Source: a virus (taxonomy: Duplodnaviria > Caudoviricetes). Taken from it: 33,332 nucleotides of DNA. Location of the stretch: the IMG/VR virus record IMGVR_UViG_3300038674_000823, positions 1 to 33,332 of that record; one strand, written 5' to 3'. The notes beneath the pieces were generated by a model. It did not search any database. It saw only the letters and a list, made by a program, of their open reading frames with translations, and had not been told where the DNA came from. Positions 32,239-33,332 of this stretch are shown here, piece after piece. Each line of letters begins with the position of its first letter. Within the stretch, counting starts at the first letter, position 1. Position numbers and translations under genes: made by a program.

Positions 32239-33332
32239 ATGGCTGACGAAGTCAGAATTATCACTGTGAAGCGCGGCACGGCCAGTGAGTGGGAGCTCGC
32301 GAACGGGCCTCTTGAGGCCGGAGAGCTCGGCTACGACAGTACCAGCAACAAATACAAGGGGGGAGATGGTGCGAGCTCGTTTGACGAGCTTCCGGAATTT
32401 ATCACGAAAGACGATGTGGATATCTCGGGCAGCCTCGTCTATTCAGGTCCTCGCAGGGTTCCGGCCCTGGATGAGCCGATCGGGGTGGTTCTGGTGGCTC
32501 CGGGCGGCGGGGCCGGCGTGTGGGACAGGGTGGACCTTGACGGTAATCCAGTGGCGTGTCCTCCTGGATACTTCTCCAGCCGTCCGGAATATAGCCTGAA
32601 CACGTTGGCGATTGATAATCAGTGCATGGTCGAGATCAAGAAATTCCATTACGCCAACGTGTTGCTCACCGAAGGCCCCTATGCCGGGAAGCGGGCTCGT
32701 TTTCTCAACAAAACAGCCTTCAGCGGTTCTCAGGCCCACCCCGCATTTTTAAATTCGTCCGGCGTGGAAATCGACCAATTCTATGTCGGCGCCTACGAGG
32801 GCTATGATGACGGCGGGAGCAAGGTAGGCAGTACCAACAACAAGGCTCCCCTCGTCTCCATCAATTTCACTACGATGCTCAGCAGGTGCGCCGCGCGCAA
32901 TGCCGGCGGTGTCACCGGGTTTCAGCTCATCGACATTTATCAGCTTGCGGCCATCCAGTACCTTGCCCTTGTGGAGATGGGGAACCCGGACGCGCAGGTC
33001 TCGCTGGGCCGGGGGAACTGTGATGCCCCGTCCGGCGTATCGGCGATGCAGACCGGGACTACTACAGCCATCTGGCGCGCGCTGCATGAGCTGTGGGGTA
33101 ACGTGTGGATGATGGTCCAGGGCATTGAAAACCGGGATGGCGTCTTGTGGGTGTGGAACAAGGACGGAACGAGGGCCTTCGTCAACACGGGCTTTACTCT
33201 GCCCGACGGCGGATGGGTGGTCGACATGAGCGTCGCCGCCGGAACCGGATTCGACCTGGGGGCGCTCTTTATTCCAGGAGAAACGGCCGCGGCCTCCGAT
33301 TCCGGCTCGTGGAGCGACTATTTCTGGATCAC
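32239..33332 (+). CDS. Receptor-binding protein with Mtd-like N-terminus and CLec/FGE-type C-terminal domain (3'-truncated, not in ORF track)
   Basis: AAGGAGG RBS. Manually translated open to the window end: KRGTASEW...LEAGELGYDS...YKGGDG, then HPAF, YVGAYEG, LHELWGNVW. Confidence 0.85.
   Translation, partial: MADEVRIITVKRGTASEWELANGPLEAGELGYDSTSNKYKGGDGASSFDELPEFITKDDVDISGSLVYSGPRRVPALDEPIGVVLVAPGGGAGVWDRVDLDGNPVACPPGYFSSRPEYSLNTLAIDNQCMVEIKKFHYANVLLTEGPYAGKRARFLNKTAFSGSQAHPAFLNSSGVEIDQFYVGAYEGYDDGGSKVGSTNNKAPLVSINFTTMLSRCAARNAGGVTGFQLIDIYQLAAIQYLALVEMGNPDAQVSLGRGNCDAPSGVSAMQTGTTTAIWRALHELWGNVWMMVQGIENRDGVLWVWNKDGTRAFVNTGFTLPDGGWVVDMSVAAGTGFDLGALFIPGETAAASDSGSWSDYFWI

Larger units (their letters stand above)
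1..33332 (+). mobile_element. Temperate phage/prophage segment (lambda-like head, P2-like contractile tail), truncated at both window edges
   Basis: Continuous co-oriented replication, packaging, head, tail and baseplate modules in canonical order. No host housekeeping genes, att site, repressor or lysis genes inside the window. Confidence 0.97.

Noticed and set aside
1-33332. Genome-wide stop-codon reassignment (TGA recoded)
   Set aside because: Many genes end at TGA exactly where their families end, often in ATGA overlaps, so any readthrough must be site-specific.
32239-33332. A complete DGR within the window
   Set aside because: No reverse transcriptase, Avd or TR/VR pair is visible. Only the candidate target gene is present.

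Overview
The whole window is one lambdoid-style temperate phage or prophage segment of about 60% GC, cut at both ends, with almost every gene on the + strand. The host cannot be determined from this sequence. Left arm (1-10.6 kb): BRO antirepressor, small early genes, dUTPase, an SNF2-helicase/amino-methyltransferase fusion, a doubly frameshifted C5-methyltransferase, a replication initiator with a probable internal origin, a DnaB-like helicase and an HTH late regulator. Junction (10.6-12.1 kb): helically phased repeats with an extended -10 promoter and terminator, a small tyrosine recombinase, and a strongly lambda-like cos site. Right arm (12.1-33.3 kb): a lambda-type head (Nu1/gpA terminase, gpW, portal, ClpP protease with nested scaffold, decoration protein, gpE capsid) joined to a P2-like contractile tail and baseplate, ending in an Mtd-like receptor-binding protein. 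The most notable signal is the PAAR spike-tip gene (28635-28916). It has an in-frame TGA where the family commonly has Cys, followed directly by a bacterial-SECIS-like hairpin, so it is a candidate phage structural selenoprotein; a nonsense mutation or sequencing error is not excluded. Also notable are a -1 frameshift in the tail chaperone, an antisense membrane-protein moron before the tape measure gene, and a likely DGR-type tail adhesin.
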